Source: Spirochaetia bacterium
GTDB taxonomy: Bacteria; Spirochaetota; Spirochaetia; UBA9216
Direction of reading: 5' to 3'
Assembly (NCBI GenBank): GCA_965140585.1
Contig: OZ223268.1
Span: 64,001 to 128,000, forward strand
Length of the DNA: 64,000 bases
In this document: positions 10,128 to 19,281 of the stretch, one piece after another
Position numbering within the stretch: position 1 is the stretch's first letter
Layout: each line of letters begins with the position of its first letter
Program-made: the position numbers and the translations under genes
Notes under the pieces: model-generated
The model's database searches: none
What the model was told of the DNA's origin: nothing
Seen by the model: only the letters and a program-made list of their open reading frames with translations

Positions 10128-11339
10128 TCAGGTTCCGGTAAGGGTCCGGTTGAATGAGCTGACAAGCGCAAGCAGAATCATCAATCCGCCTGTAATTAAA
10201 AGCAGAAGCTCTATTGATACAGCCTCTGCAAGGGGACCGAAGAGCAGCATTGCAAGGGGCATCATCGATGTAAAGAGCATGGTTGAAACACTCATAACCC
10301 TGCCAAGGAATTCATCTTCCACAGTCTCCTGCAGCAGCACCATGCTCGGAGTATTGTAAAAACCGAAGCCTATTCCGAATATCCCCATTATTCCAAGATA
10401 AACCCAGAACGGCGGAGCGAAACCGAGAGCTACGGTGCACAAGGCCATGATATACACTGAAAGAAGCATTGTCCGGAACCTATGCCTGAAACCTCCCCAT
10501 ACAGCGAGAATACCGCCGCCGGCAAGCATCCCGGCCGAAAAGAAAACTTCTATTCCGGTAAGGCGCCAGACATCGGGTCCATAGGTTCTTGAAGCCTGAA
10601 GCGGTGTTAGAAAGGCTGCCGGTGATATCAGAAAGAGAACAAGTGCAATAAAAACAAAAAACGGAACAAGATAATGATGATTTCCGATATACCTGAAGCC
10701 GGCTGCCATGTCCCTGAAGTATGAGACTTCTCCTGGTGCCTCGTCACTTCGTGTATTATTAAGTTTTAGAAAGAAGGCAAGCAGGCAGACAGCAACTGCA
10801 GCTGTTACAACATCTATGAGAAATATAAAAAACAGCGGGGTAAAGGCCATCAGTATCCCGCTTATAACAGGCGAACCAAGGCCCACAGCAGACTGCATCG
10901 AAGCAAATATACCGTTGACCCGCATCAGCTTTTCCTTCGGTACAAATTGCGGAAGAAGCGCCCCGACAGCCGGGCCCTGAACTGCAGAGCCCACAGCACG
11001 GAGAGCGGCTGCGGCTATCAGAACCCAGACATTCTCACCGATGAAGATAAAAATCAGTGCTGCAATAAGAGTAACCAGTGCTATTCCGCTGTCACTGATA
11101 ATAATCAGTTTTTTCCGGTCATAACGATCCGCCCATACTCCGGCGAAGGGAGAAAGCAGAAATGTCGGAAGAAACCCGGCAACGATATATACTGTCATCA
11201 TCGTGCCCGATCCGGTTTTCAGGGTTACATACCAGATCATCGCATACTGAACAAGTGATGTTCCAAGAAGCGAAATTATCTGACTCGTAAGAAAGAGGGC
11301 TGCTCTGCCCTTCCATCCTGTCTGCTCATCTTTTTTCAT
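10128..11339 (-). CDS. MFS transporter (DHA3/MefA-like efflux)
   Basis: About 12 TM segments, motif A GVWADRYDRKK, SQIISLLGTSLVQYAMIW N-terminus typical of Mef-like MFS. Confidence 0.85.
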   Translation of the reverse strand: MKKDEQTGWKGRAALFLTSQIISLLGTSLVQYAMIWYVTLKTGSGTMMTVYIVAGFLPTFLLSPFAGVWADRYDRKKLIIISDSGIALVTLIAALIFIFIGENVWVLIAAAALRAVGSAVQGPAVGALLPQFVPKEKLMRVNGIFASMQSAVGLGSPVISGILMAFTPLFFIFLIDVVTAAVAVCLLAFFLKLNNTRSDEAPGEVSYFRDMAAGFRYIGNHHYLVPFFVFIALVLFLISPAAFLTPLQASRTYGPDVWRLTGIEVFFSAGMLAGGGILAVWGGFRHRFRTMLLSVYIMALCTVALGFAPPFWVYLGIMGIFGIGFGFYNTPSMVLLQETVEDEFLGRVMSVSTMLFTSMMPLAMLLFGPLAEAVSIELLLLITGGLMILLALVSSFNRTLTGT

Positions 11340-11383
11340 AGAAGCTGATTATAGCCTCACTTCATGCATCAGACAAGATCTCC

Positions 11384-13009
11384 TTAGTGCGGGCTGTGCT
11401 CAGTTTTTTCGAGGTAGTAATCGTACCCGCCCTCAAAGATCCGCATTGCTCCGTTATCTATTTCAAACACACGGTTTACCAGATGCTTAAGAAAGTAACG
11501 GTCGTGACTGACAATCATAACCGTACCTTCAAAATCCTGGAGTGCCTCAAGCAACACCTCACGGCTGGCGATATCAAGGTGATTAGTTGGTTCGTCAAAA
11601 ACCAGGAAGTTAACCGGCTGGGCAAGAATAGTAGCAAGAACAACCCTGCTTTTTTCCCCCCCGGACAGTACTGAAATTTTCTTGTCAGCATCATCTCCGG
11701 AAAACTGGAAGGACCCAAGCAGATTCTTGATATAGCCGATGCTTGCAAGCGGGAGCCTGGAGCTTACCTCTTCAAAGATAGTGTTTTCGGGGTTCAGCAG
11801 GTCCGATGAATATTGACTGAAGTAGCCGAGGTTTACGCTTGCCCCCAGTGTGCTGCTGCCCTCAGTTGCTTCAGTCATTTCGCAGATAACCTTCAGAAAG
11901 CTGGATTTTCCGGCTCCGTTAACACCGGTCACGGCAATCTTGTTAAGCCGCTCAACTGTTCCGGTAATACCGCTGAATACAGGAGTTTCACTGCCGTCCT
12001 CGTTGGTCCACTTCTTTCCAAGCCCGGTCATCTCAACGACCTTGTCGCCGCTGCGTTTGACTGAATCAAAACTGAACTTCATAACCTTAGGTTCAGGCGG
12101 AACAACAATACGTTCAATCTTTTCTATAGTTTTTATCCTGGACTGAACCTGAGCTGCGTGCGATGCCCGGGCGGCAAACTTGGCAATAAACTCTTCTTCC
12201 TTGGCAAGCATTGCCTGCTGCCGCTTCTGGGCTGCAACAAGCTGTTCCCGCCTGATAACCCGTTCACGCAGGTAGAAATCGTAATCCCCGGAATAGGTGG
12301 TTATAGTACCCGGTGAGACCTCAACAGTCTTTGAGCAGAGGCGTGTCATAAACTCACGGTCGTGGCTGGTCATCACCAGGATTCCCTTGAATGAGTTAAG
12401 CCAGGATTCAAGCCAGACTATAGATTCAACATCGAGGTGGTTGGTAGGTTCGTCCATCAGAAGGACATCAGGATTGAGCAGAAGGATTCTGGCAAGGGCT
12501 ATACGCATTTTCCATCCGCCGCTGAAGCTTTCAACCGGCTGGTCACGCCTTCCATCGTCTATCCCCAGACCGTCAAGAACGGTTTCAGCCCTGTTTTCAA
12601 GCTCGTAGCCGACCAGATCCATAAACTCCATCTGAATCTCACCGTAGCGTTCCATCTCTGAGTCGCTGAGTCCTCCGCTTTCAGGATCACTCATCCGGTG
12701 CTCGAGATCTGCAAGCTGTAGGCTCAGCTCATACACCCTGCCGGCACCTGCAAGGGCTTCCTCCAGGGCAGTCCGTCCGCTCATCTCTCCGACGTCCTGG
12801 GAGAAATAACCGATGACCTTACCGGGTTCAATATTCACTGTTCCTTCATCAGGAGTTTCCTCACCCGATATCAGCCTGAATATCGTAGTCTTTCCCGAAC
12901 CGTTGGGACCGACCAGACCGATTTTTTCACCGGGGTTTATCTGAACATCAGCCCCGGAGAACAGGGTTCTGCCTCCGTAACTCATGCGTATCTTTGAGAG
13001 GTTTATCAT
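11384..13009 (-). CDS. ABC-F family ATP-binding protein
   Basis: Two ABC domains (GPNGSGKT, FSGGW, DEPTNHLD; GVNGAGKS, LSGGE, DEPTNHLD), no TM segments. Confidence 0.92.
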   Translation of the reverse strand: MINLSKIRMSYGGRTLFSGADVQINPGEKIGLVGPNGSGKTTIFRLISGEETPDEGTVNIEPGKVIGYFSQDVGEMSGRTALEEALAGAGRVYELSLQLADLEHRMSDPESGGLSDSEMERYGEIQMEFMDLVGYELENRAETVLDGLGIDDGRRDQPVESFSGGWKMRIALARILLLNPDVLLMDEPTNHLDVESIVWLESWLNSFKGILVMTSHDREFMTRLCSKTVEVSPGTITTYSGDYDFYLRERVIRREQLVAAQKRQQAMLAKEEEFIAKFAARASHAAQVQSRIKTIEKIERIVVPPEPKVMKFSFDSVKRSGDKVVEMTGLGKKWTNEDGSETPVFSGITGTVERLNKIAVTGVNGAGKSSFLKVICEMTEATEGSSTLGASVNLGYFSQYSSDLLNPENTIFEEVSSRLPLASIGYIKNLLGSFQFSGDDADKKISVLSGGEKSRVVLATILAQPVNFLVFDEPTNHLDIASREVLLEALQDFEGTVMIVSHDRYFLKHLVNRVFEIDNGAMRIFEGGYDYYLEKTEHSPH

Positions 13010-13112
13010 TAAAAGTCCTTGCTTATGTTTTTCTGTGATTCTGTACTGAGAGGAAAGTTTAACTAAAAATAAGCCGGATTGTCAAAGGGCAGAAGTTTCA
13101 ATTCTGATAAGT

Positions 13113-13209
13113 TTAACAGAGGGAAGCATACCGGAAACAGAAATAATCATCTTCATCACCGGTTCCGTCAGCTGAGGTATTCCAGCCGTCAAATATGTAT
13201 CCTGTTTTT
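13113..13209 (-). pseudogene. remnant of an InlB B-repeat coding fragment
   Basis: Reads KTGYIFDGWNTSADGTG, matching KSHYTFAGWNTAADGFG of the 5995 gene; no start codon. Confidence 0.5.
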
Positions 13210-14802
13210 TCAAAATCCTGTGATTTCAACAGGTGATGTTCGGTTAGTCTGAGTGCCATCGCCCAGTTGGCCCGAACCATTGTATCCCCAAGTCCATAAC
13301 CCGGAATCTTCATCCAGGGCGATGGAATGATACCAGCCGGTTCCTATTGCTTCTATTGCACTTATACCATCAATTTTCCGGGGATAATGGCAAGAATCAT
13401 TTGTTCCATCTCCAAGCTGGCCGTAGTTATTGTAACCCCAGCTCCATAGCTCTCCGGCTTCGGTCAATGCAAGGCAATGCTCCAGGCCTGCGGAAATGGA
13501 AACAATGTTTTCAATATTCAGTACACTGACAGGAGTAGCACTATCATCAGTTGAATTATTACCCAACTGCCCATAGTAATTATAACCCCAGGCTTTAACT
13601 GTACCGTCGCCTTGAATTGCATAAACGGAAACCCAATCCCGGCTATTCATATATTGGCCACCGCTTGCAATGCCGATAACATCGGAGAGCCCGACAACCC
13701 GGGCTGCAGTGTTCCGGCTTGCTGTAGCAGTCGAAACACCCAGCTCTCCATCAGCATTCGCCCCCCAGGTCCATACAGTACCATCATCCTTAACTGCTGC
13801 GGAAAGATGTCCCGCACAGCTTATCTCTATGATTCCGGTAAGCGGTGTTTCTCCATCTGCGAGTAAAACTTCAACCGGGGTTGTTTCATCTGAGTAAGTT
13901 CCGTTTCCAAGCTGACCATCATCATTATCTCCCCAGGCAAGGACTGTCCCGTCAGACTTCAAAGCCATTGAATAATCATATGACATGCAAATAGAAATTA
14001 TTCCGCTTAGATCATCAATTTCTGTTGGATAGTTTTTATCATCTGTAGAATAATCCAGGCCAATCTGTTCATAGCCCATTCTGCCCCAGGTCCAGACTGT
14101 TCCATTGCTTTTAAGAGCAAGGGAGCCCCCGTTACACGCAGAAACTTCAGCAATATCTGAAAAACCGGAAATCAAAATCGGTATAAGGCTCTCGGTGGTT
14201 GAACCGTCACCAAGCATTCCATACATATTGTTACCCCACGATTTTAAGTAATCGGCATCTGTAACTGCAAGCGTATGGCTATAGCCTCCGGCTAATTCTA
14301 TGTATCTGGTTGTTTCGATGTAACGATTAAAACTTCTAATATCGCTTGTATATGCTCCATTTGTGTCTGTAACTGTTGCGGCCCAATAATAGGTAGTAAA
14401 GACAGAAAGAGCTTGCCCGCTTACTGAGAGGAAAAATGAAGGACTATCCAGCCCGTCTTTCGCGACTAACGGATCGGAAAGATTTTCATTTTCAGAAATA
14501 ATGAATCCATATGTCACATTAAGATCTGTTGATTTTGGCTTTATAGAAAAAGTCAGAATATCATCAACCACTATTGTCTTATCCTCCGGCTCAAGAAGGA
14601 TAATTTCATCAGCATCAAGATAGTCCCCTATTCCGTCGCCGTCTGTATCTGTTGATTCCTCCCCGCAGTAAAGAGAGCTCTGCGGGTCTACAGAATTTTC
14701 AAAAACAAATGAATCCAGGTTTGCAGGACTTATCACATCACAGGCTGTGAAAAATACCGGAACAGCGGCAAGCAGCAGTATTTTCATGAGATAGTTTTTC
14801 AT
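13210..14802 (-). CDS. RCC1-repeat lipoprotein
   Basis: Lipobox FFTAC; DTDGDGIGDYLD Ca-binding-like motif; repeated WGxNxxGQLGDG RCC1 blades. Confidence 0.88.
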   Translation of the reverse strand: MKNYLMKILLLAAVPVFFTACDVISPANLDSFVFENSVDPQSSLYCGEESTDTDGDGIGDYLDADEIILLEPEDKTIVVDDILTFSIKPKSTDLNVTYGFIISENENLSDPLVAKDGLDSPSFFLSVSGQALSVFTTYYWAATVTDTNGAYTSDIRSFNRYIETTRYIELAGGYSHTLAVTDADYLKSWGNNMYGMLGDGSTTESLIPILISGFSDIAEVSACNGGSLALKSNGTVWTWGRMGYEQIGLDYSTDDKNYPTEIDDLSGIISICMSYDYSMALKSDGTVLAWGDNDDGQLGNGTYSDETTPVEVLLADGETPLTGIIEISCAGHLSAAVKDDGTVWTWGANADGELGVSTATASRNTAARVVGLSDVIGIASGGQYMNSRDWVSVYAIQGDGTVKAWGYNYYGQLGNNSTDDSATPVSVLNIENIVSISAGLEHCLALTEAGELWSWGYNNYGQLGDGTNDSCHYPRKIDGISAIEAIGTGWYHSIALDEDSGLWTWGYNGSGQLGDGTQTNRTSPVEITGF

Positions 14803-16364
14803 TATTTTGCTCCTTCACTTAATGCAGCAATCTGCTCGTCTATCTTATTGATGGAAGGTCTGACAAAAAGAAAAGTCAGTCCGCTTGCAGCTCCGGTACC
14901 GGAACATATCAGGGCAATATTCCGGTATAACCGGTAGCTTTCCACTGTTGAAATATTTGCACTTACAGCGCTATGCAGGGACTCTGCCTCAGAGGAAATT
15001 GTTGCAGAGGTATAGGCAGAGTAATTGCTGTCGAGATCAGTTTTTTCAGATGCAATAAGAGCCTCAAAGATACCTGAGACAATTCCGGATGCCGCCGCAA
15101 TACTAAAAGAGGAAATCATGCTTATATTCAGACGCCTGCGCTTTTCTAAAGCGGCAGCTCTTTTCGCTTCCAGCTCTTCAACTTTTTCTCCGGTTAGAAA
15201 TTGTTCTGTGTGAATCAGAAGCGGTGAGATTTCATGCACCGTTCCGGGTTGAAGCGAAAGACTTTCCCTGTATGGCTGATAATCTTCATGAGTGAATTCA
15301 AGTATGTAAGTTCCGGGAGGAACTGTTATTAAATCTTCAATGAACTGATATTCTACGGCATCATCAGATATAAGTCTGGATGATGATTGCTCCGGCGTTG
15401 TAATTATTACATCGGCACCTTTAATTAGACTGAGACTTACGGCTGAAGTACGCCCGGTGTTTATTTCGGCATTTCCTTCGTAATACCAGCAGTTACCCTG
15501 AACTTTCAAACTATACGAACCTACAGGAAGATCTCTATTAAGGCCGGTTTTCAGCGGTATTGTACCTAGAGAGATAGTATAACCTTCCGCCTCTGTATTG
15601 TTTATCTTCACCATCAGATTCCCTCTCAGGAGGGAATTATCAGCAATGACTTCGGCAACATCGGTTGTATTTACATTTATCTGATTTTCAAAAACGTATT
15701 CATCTGATTCGGCTTTTATAACATGAACGCCGAAGTCCACATCATTTATCACTATAGGGGTTTGTCCAATTCTATTTCCGTCAAGATACACATATAGCTC
15801 CATACCTTCAGGAGCAGTTATATATAAAGAACCTTTTTCTTTAACTGATAGATCTGTACCTGCAATGTATTTCAAACCGCATAGATTATAGGCTGCTGTA
15901 AAAGACTGTCTTTGAAGGTTCTCGAGTTTATCAATATCAATAACCTCTGCTTTTTCAATATTTCCTTTTTCAACATCAACAAGCCTGATCGTAAGCACCA
16001 TTGCTTCGCCGATACCGTCGAGAGAGCCCACAACAATCTTCTCTGCAGACAAGAGTTCACCAATCTCTATCGCACAGGAATCATCAGTACAGCCTGACAG
16101 ACTGAATGCCTGAGCCTCAAGTATTTCTTCAACATCGGTATAGCTCATAACCGAATAAGCACCGGTCTTAATCAGTGCGGCTTCCAGAATATTTCTGCAG
16201 GTAGAAGCAATTGATTCAGATACACCTTTGGCCTCAATCGCCGGTACAGCAAGGACCTTTCTATCTTCTGAAAATAAAGCTGATGGAAGGCAGATACTCA
16301 ACAGAAGTAGAACCAGTATAATCTTTACTGATTTTATATTCCTTACAGGTTTAACTTTTTTCAT
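14802..16364 (-). CDS. secreted PEGA-domain protein with CsgG/DUF2380-like N-terminus
   Basis: Signal peptide; GCTDDSCAIEIGELL...IVVGSL; VYLDGNRIGQTP PEGA motif; C-terminal hydrophobic segments; overlaps start of RCC1 gene. Confidence 0.7.
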   Translation of the reverse strand: MKKVKPVRNIKSVKIILVLLLLSICLPSALFSEDRKVLAVPAIEAKGVSESIASTCRNILEAALIKTGAYSVMSYTDVEEILEAQAFSLSGCTDDSCAIEIGELLSAEKIVVGSLDGIGEAMVLTIRLVDVEKGNIEKAEVIDIDKLENLQRQSFTAAYNLCGLKYIAGTDLSVKEKGSLYITAPEGMELYVYLDGNRIGQTPIVINDVDFGVHVIKAESDEYVFENQINVNTTDVAEVIADNSLLRGNLMVKINNTEAEGYTISLGTIPLKTGLNRDLPVGSYSLKVQGNCWYYEGNAEINTGRTSAVSLSLIKGADVIITTPEQSSSRLISDDAVEYQFIEDLITVPPGTYILEFTHEDYQPYRESLSLQPGTVHEISPLLIHTEQFLTGEKVEELEAKRAAALEKRRRLNISMISSFSIAAASGIVSGIFEALIASEKTDLDSNYSAYTSATISSEAESLHSAVSANISTVESYRLYRNIALICSGTGAASGLTFLFVRPSINKIDEQIAALSEGAK

Positions 16365-16407
16365 ATATTTCCCTCTTGTACGTATAGAATGAGGCTACTA
16401 TCAGTAT

Positions 16408-16451
16408 GTAAATGCTGAATTAACAGAATGTTAACAGCATGTGAACAAAAA
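16408..16451. promoter_or_regulatory. four 11-bp-periodic direct repeats (GTwAACAG-like), putative OmpR-family binding site
   Basis: gtaaatgctga/attaacagaat/gttaacagcat/gtgaacaaaaa; TTGACA at 16463; analogous array at 19173. Confidence 0.55.
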
Positions 16452-16489
16452 AATTTATAGTATTGACATGAAACGTTTAGAGTAAAATA

Positions 16490-17209
16490 ATGGATTCAAT
16501 TATGAAAAATAGAAATATCAGCGTTCTGCTTCTGGAGGATAATCCCGCCCAGTATGCCCTGCTTTCCGCATATCTTGAGAAGGAAAATTTCAAAGTTGTT
16601 CATGCCGGCTGCATTAAAACCTTTAAAAAACTTATAGAAACTGAAAACATCGATCTTGTCCTGCTTGATCTCAATCTTCCTGACGGTGATGGATTACAGC
16701 TGATAAAAAACATTAAATCAGTTCACAGGCTTCCGGTTATCATAATTACATCACGCGATACAATAGAAGACAGAGTTATCGGTCTTGAATCGGGTGCAGA
16801 TGATTATATCTGTAAACCCTACCATCCAAGAGAGCTCATTATCCGAGTTAATAAACTTCTTAAGTCTGAAGGAGAAATATACACTGACGCTCCTGATAAA
16901 ATTATGCTCAATGATTACATTTTTGATGAGGAAGCCCACTGCTTCCTGGATAAAGGCGGATACTGCATAAAGCTTACCCCGGGTGAATATACAATTATGT
17001 CATCACTTTTAAAAAATAACGGGCGCATATTATCCAGAAGCCAGCTTATTGATACCGCTTTCAGCAGAATTGAATATCCGACAGACAGAAGCATAGATGT
17101 TCTTATCTCCCGGCTTAGAAAGAAATTCCCGGTAGCCGCTGGAGAGCCTGAAATAATTGAAACAATAAAAGGCTTCGGCTACCGGATAAACAAGAATATT
17201 CTAAAATAA
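16490..17209 (+). CDS. OmpR/PhoB-family response regulator
   Basis: LLED, LDLNLPDGDG, GADDYICKP, winged-helix RSIDVLISRLRKK, TIKGFGY. Confidence 0.95.
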   Translation: MDSIMKNRNISVLLLEDNPAQYALLSAYLEKENFKVVHAGCIKTFKKLIETENIDLVLLDLNLPDGDGLQLIKNIKSVHRLPVIIITSRDTIEDRVIGLESGADDYICKPYHPRELIIRVNKLLKSEGEIYTDAPDKIMLNDYIFDEEAHCFLDKGGYCIKLTPGEYTIMSSLLKNNGRILSRSQLIDTAFSRIEYPTDRSIDVLISRLRKKFPVAAGEPEIIETIKGFGYRINKNILK

Positions 17210-19120
17210 GTCTGCAAAAACACTCAGGAAGGGATATCCGCCGTTGGCTGAACTGTAGATATCCCAGATATCATCTGTACCTGTATCATCATCAGGATCC
17301 CCGGCAAAATCCCATGCTGTTTCCAGATCATCTCTTTCAGCTCCATCGCTGTCAGTCAGTTTTGTAAAGGTTGAATCAGTGGTCATTTCATCGCTTGTTT
17401 TTGCGGTCCCCTTCCCGGTATCAGCCATTCCGGTAGTTTCTGAATCATAAAAGCAATCCGTTACTGTACCTGAATTAAGTCCTACGACGCCTCCGGTATC
17501 ACTGCTGCCGGAGACTGCTCCTGAAGCATAGGAATAAGAAACTGTACTGTTGTTATTGTTACCGACAAGTCCACCTACTGAACCGTTCCCTGAGACAGTT
17601 CCGGCTGCATAGCAATTGGTCACAATACTGCTGTTTAAATTAAGACCGACGAGGCCGCCGACCTGAGTTAATGAACCTTTAACGGTACATTCAGAATAGC
17701 AACCTGATATCTCACCGCCGGAGTTATTCAGCCCTGCCAGACCGCCTATATAATAATATCCTTTACCTGTTACAGAACCGGCAGAACGGCAATACTCAAT
17801 GACTCCGTCATAGTTTAACCCGGCTATTCCTCCGCAGTACCCCGTACCGGTAATCGAAGAGTCAGAATATGAATATTCAATATTCCCCTTAGAGTTATAC
17901 CCAACCAGTCCGCCGCTGCGATACGAAGAACCGGTTACCGTTGCTGTACTGTAAGAGTTTGTAATTGTACCGCTATTATATCCGGCCAGACCTCCTGTAT
18001 TGTAAACCCCGGAAACGGTTCCTGACGCGTAACAGCTGCTTATCTTGCCGCTAAGATCTCCTGCAATTGCTCCTGTATTTTCACCGCCTTCGACATCTGC
18101 ATCAGTAAGCCCCAGCAAATATAGCTCACCGCTCAGCCAGCCGAAAAGTCCCTGATAATCGTCGCTTGAACTGATTTTCAGATTTGAAATAGTCCGGTTA
18201 TTTCCGTTTAACTTGCCTGAAAATTTTGAACTTCCGTCAGCACCGTAATTTCCCAGAGGGGTCCAGCTCACAGCGTCGAGATCTATATCGTTCATAAGTA
18301 TGTAAGCCCCGGAAAGTGAATTATTCATATTCTGCAACTCTTGTGCGGTACTCACAAGGGTATAACTGTCTGAGCTTCCGGAGGCCGAGGTCCTGATATA
18401 ATTGATAACTGCATCAGAGCTGGTTTTATCATCATACAGGCCGGACATACTGACAGTATAAATAGTTTCCGATTCCAGGCTGTCAAAAGAAAATGTCCCG
18501 TCACCGGGAGCAAACGAACCGCTTGAAATTGAATTACCATCAGTTAATTTAAAGACAATACTATACAATTCTTCATCCTGCAGATCTGCCAGCGTAATTG
18601 CAATGGCACTTGAGGTTGTTGATATACCGGTAATATTATCCTGAGTAAGCGAGTCTGAATGATCGGCAGCCGTTTGCGGAAAAATCGCTGTAATAATACC
18701 GGAATCAGCAGCATTGCTAACCGAAGAAGCCCCGCTAACTGTAAAAAAATCAGCAGACAGCCCTGTAAAAGTATAAGCATCTTTAGCGGTAAGTGTGATT
18801 GTCGCTGTGTATACTGTTTCAGCCTCAAAGGTTGAAGGTGAATCTGACCATACAATACTGCCGGTAAATTCATCAGTTGCCGTCACAGATGAAACCGGGA
18901 CCTCTCCATAAACCGGAACCGCTACACCGTTTATTTCATGGATTGTAATGAGAGTATCGCTACCATCATCTGTTGTAGAACTGTCAGTATCTGTATCTGC
19001 GTCTGTATCTGTCAGTTCTGAATCAGGGTCATCAATTATTAGACTGTCATCGCAGGCCATAAAGACAGCAGATAGAAACACTGCGAGTAAAAAATAAAAA
19101 AAACTACATTTTCTTTTCAT
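17201..19120 (-). CDS. GLUG-motif surface lipoprotein
   Basis: Lipobox VFMAC; acidic S/T linker; many GGL[VA]GxN GLUG repeats; FSGKLNGNNRTISNL. Confidence 0.85.
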   Translation of the reverse strand: MKRKCSFFYFLLAVFLSAVFMACDDSLIIDDPDSELTDTDADTDTDSSTTDDGSDTLITIHEINGVAVPVYGEVPVSSVTATDEFTGSIVWSDSPSTFEAETVYTATITLTAKDAYTFTGLSADFFTVSGASSVSNAADSGIITAIFPQTAADHSDSLTQDNITGISTTSSAIAITLADLQDEELYSIVFKLTDGNSISSGSFAPGDGTFSFDSLESETIYTVSMSGLYDDKTSSDAVINYIRTSASGSSDSYTLVSTAQELQNMNNSLSGAYILMNDIDLDAVSWTPLGNYGADGSSKFSGKLNGNNRTISNLKISSSDDYQGLFGWLSGELYLLGLTDADVEGGENTGAIAGDLSGKISSCYASGTVSGVYNTGGLAGYNSGTITNSYSTATVTGSSYRSGGLVGYNSKGNIEYSYSDSSITGTGYCGGIAGLNYDGVIEYCRSAGSVTGKGYYYIGGLAGLNNSGGEISGCYSECTVKGSLTQVGGLVGLNLNSSIVTNCYAAGTVSGNGSVGGLVGNNNNSTVSYSYASGAVSGSSDTGGVVGLNSGTVTDCFYDSETTGMADTGKGTAKTSDEMTTDSTFTKLTDSDGAERDDLETAWDFAGDPDDDTGTDDIWDIYSSANGGYPFLSVFADLF

Positions 19121-19172
19121 CCCGAATACTCCGATTGTTATAAATTTCTATTCCTGAACGTACCAGCGGGGT

Positions 19173-19216
19173 GTAAACAGAAAGGCAACCGTATGTTAAC
19201 AGTAGGTAAATACTTA
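19173..19216. promoter_or_regulatory. four 11-bp-periodic direct repeats, putative OmpR-family binding site
   Basis: gtaaacagaaa/ggcaaccgtat/gttaacagtag/gtaaatactta; TTGACA at 19226. Confidence 0.55.
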
Positions 19217-19281
19217 TTAAATTGATTGACATTGATAACAAGCTGAAAAATAATACTGATAAAAGAAAAGGCAGCTCTGAA

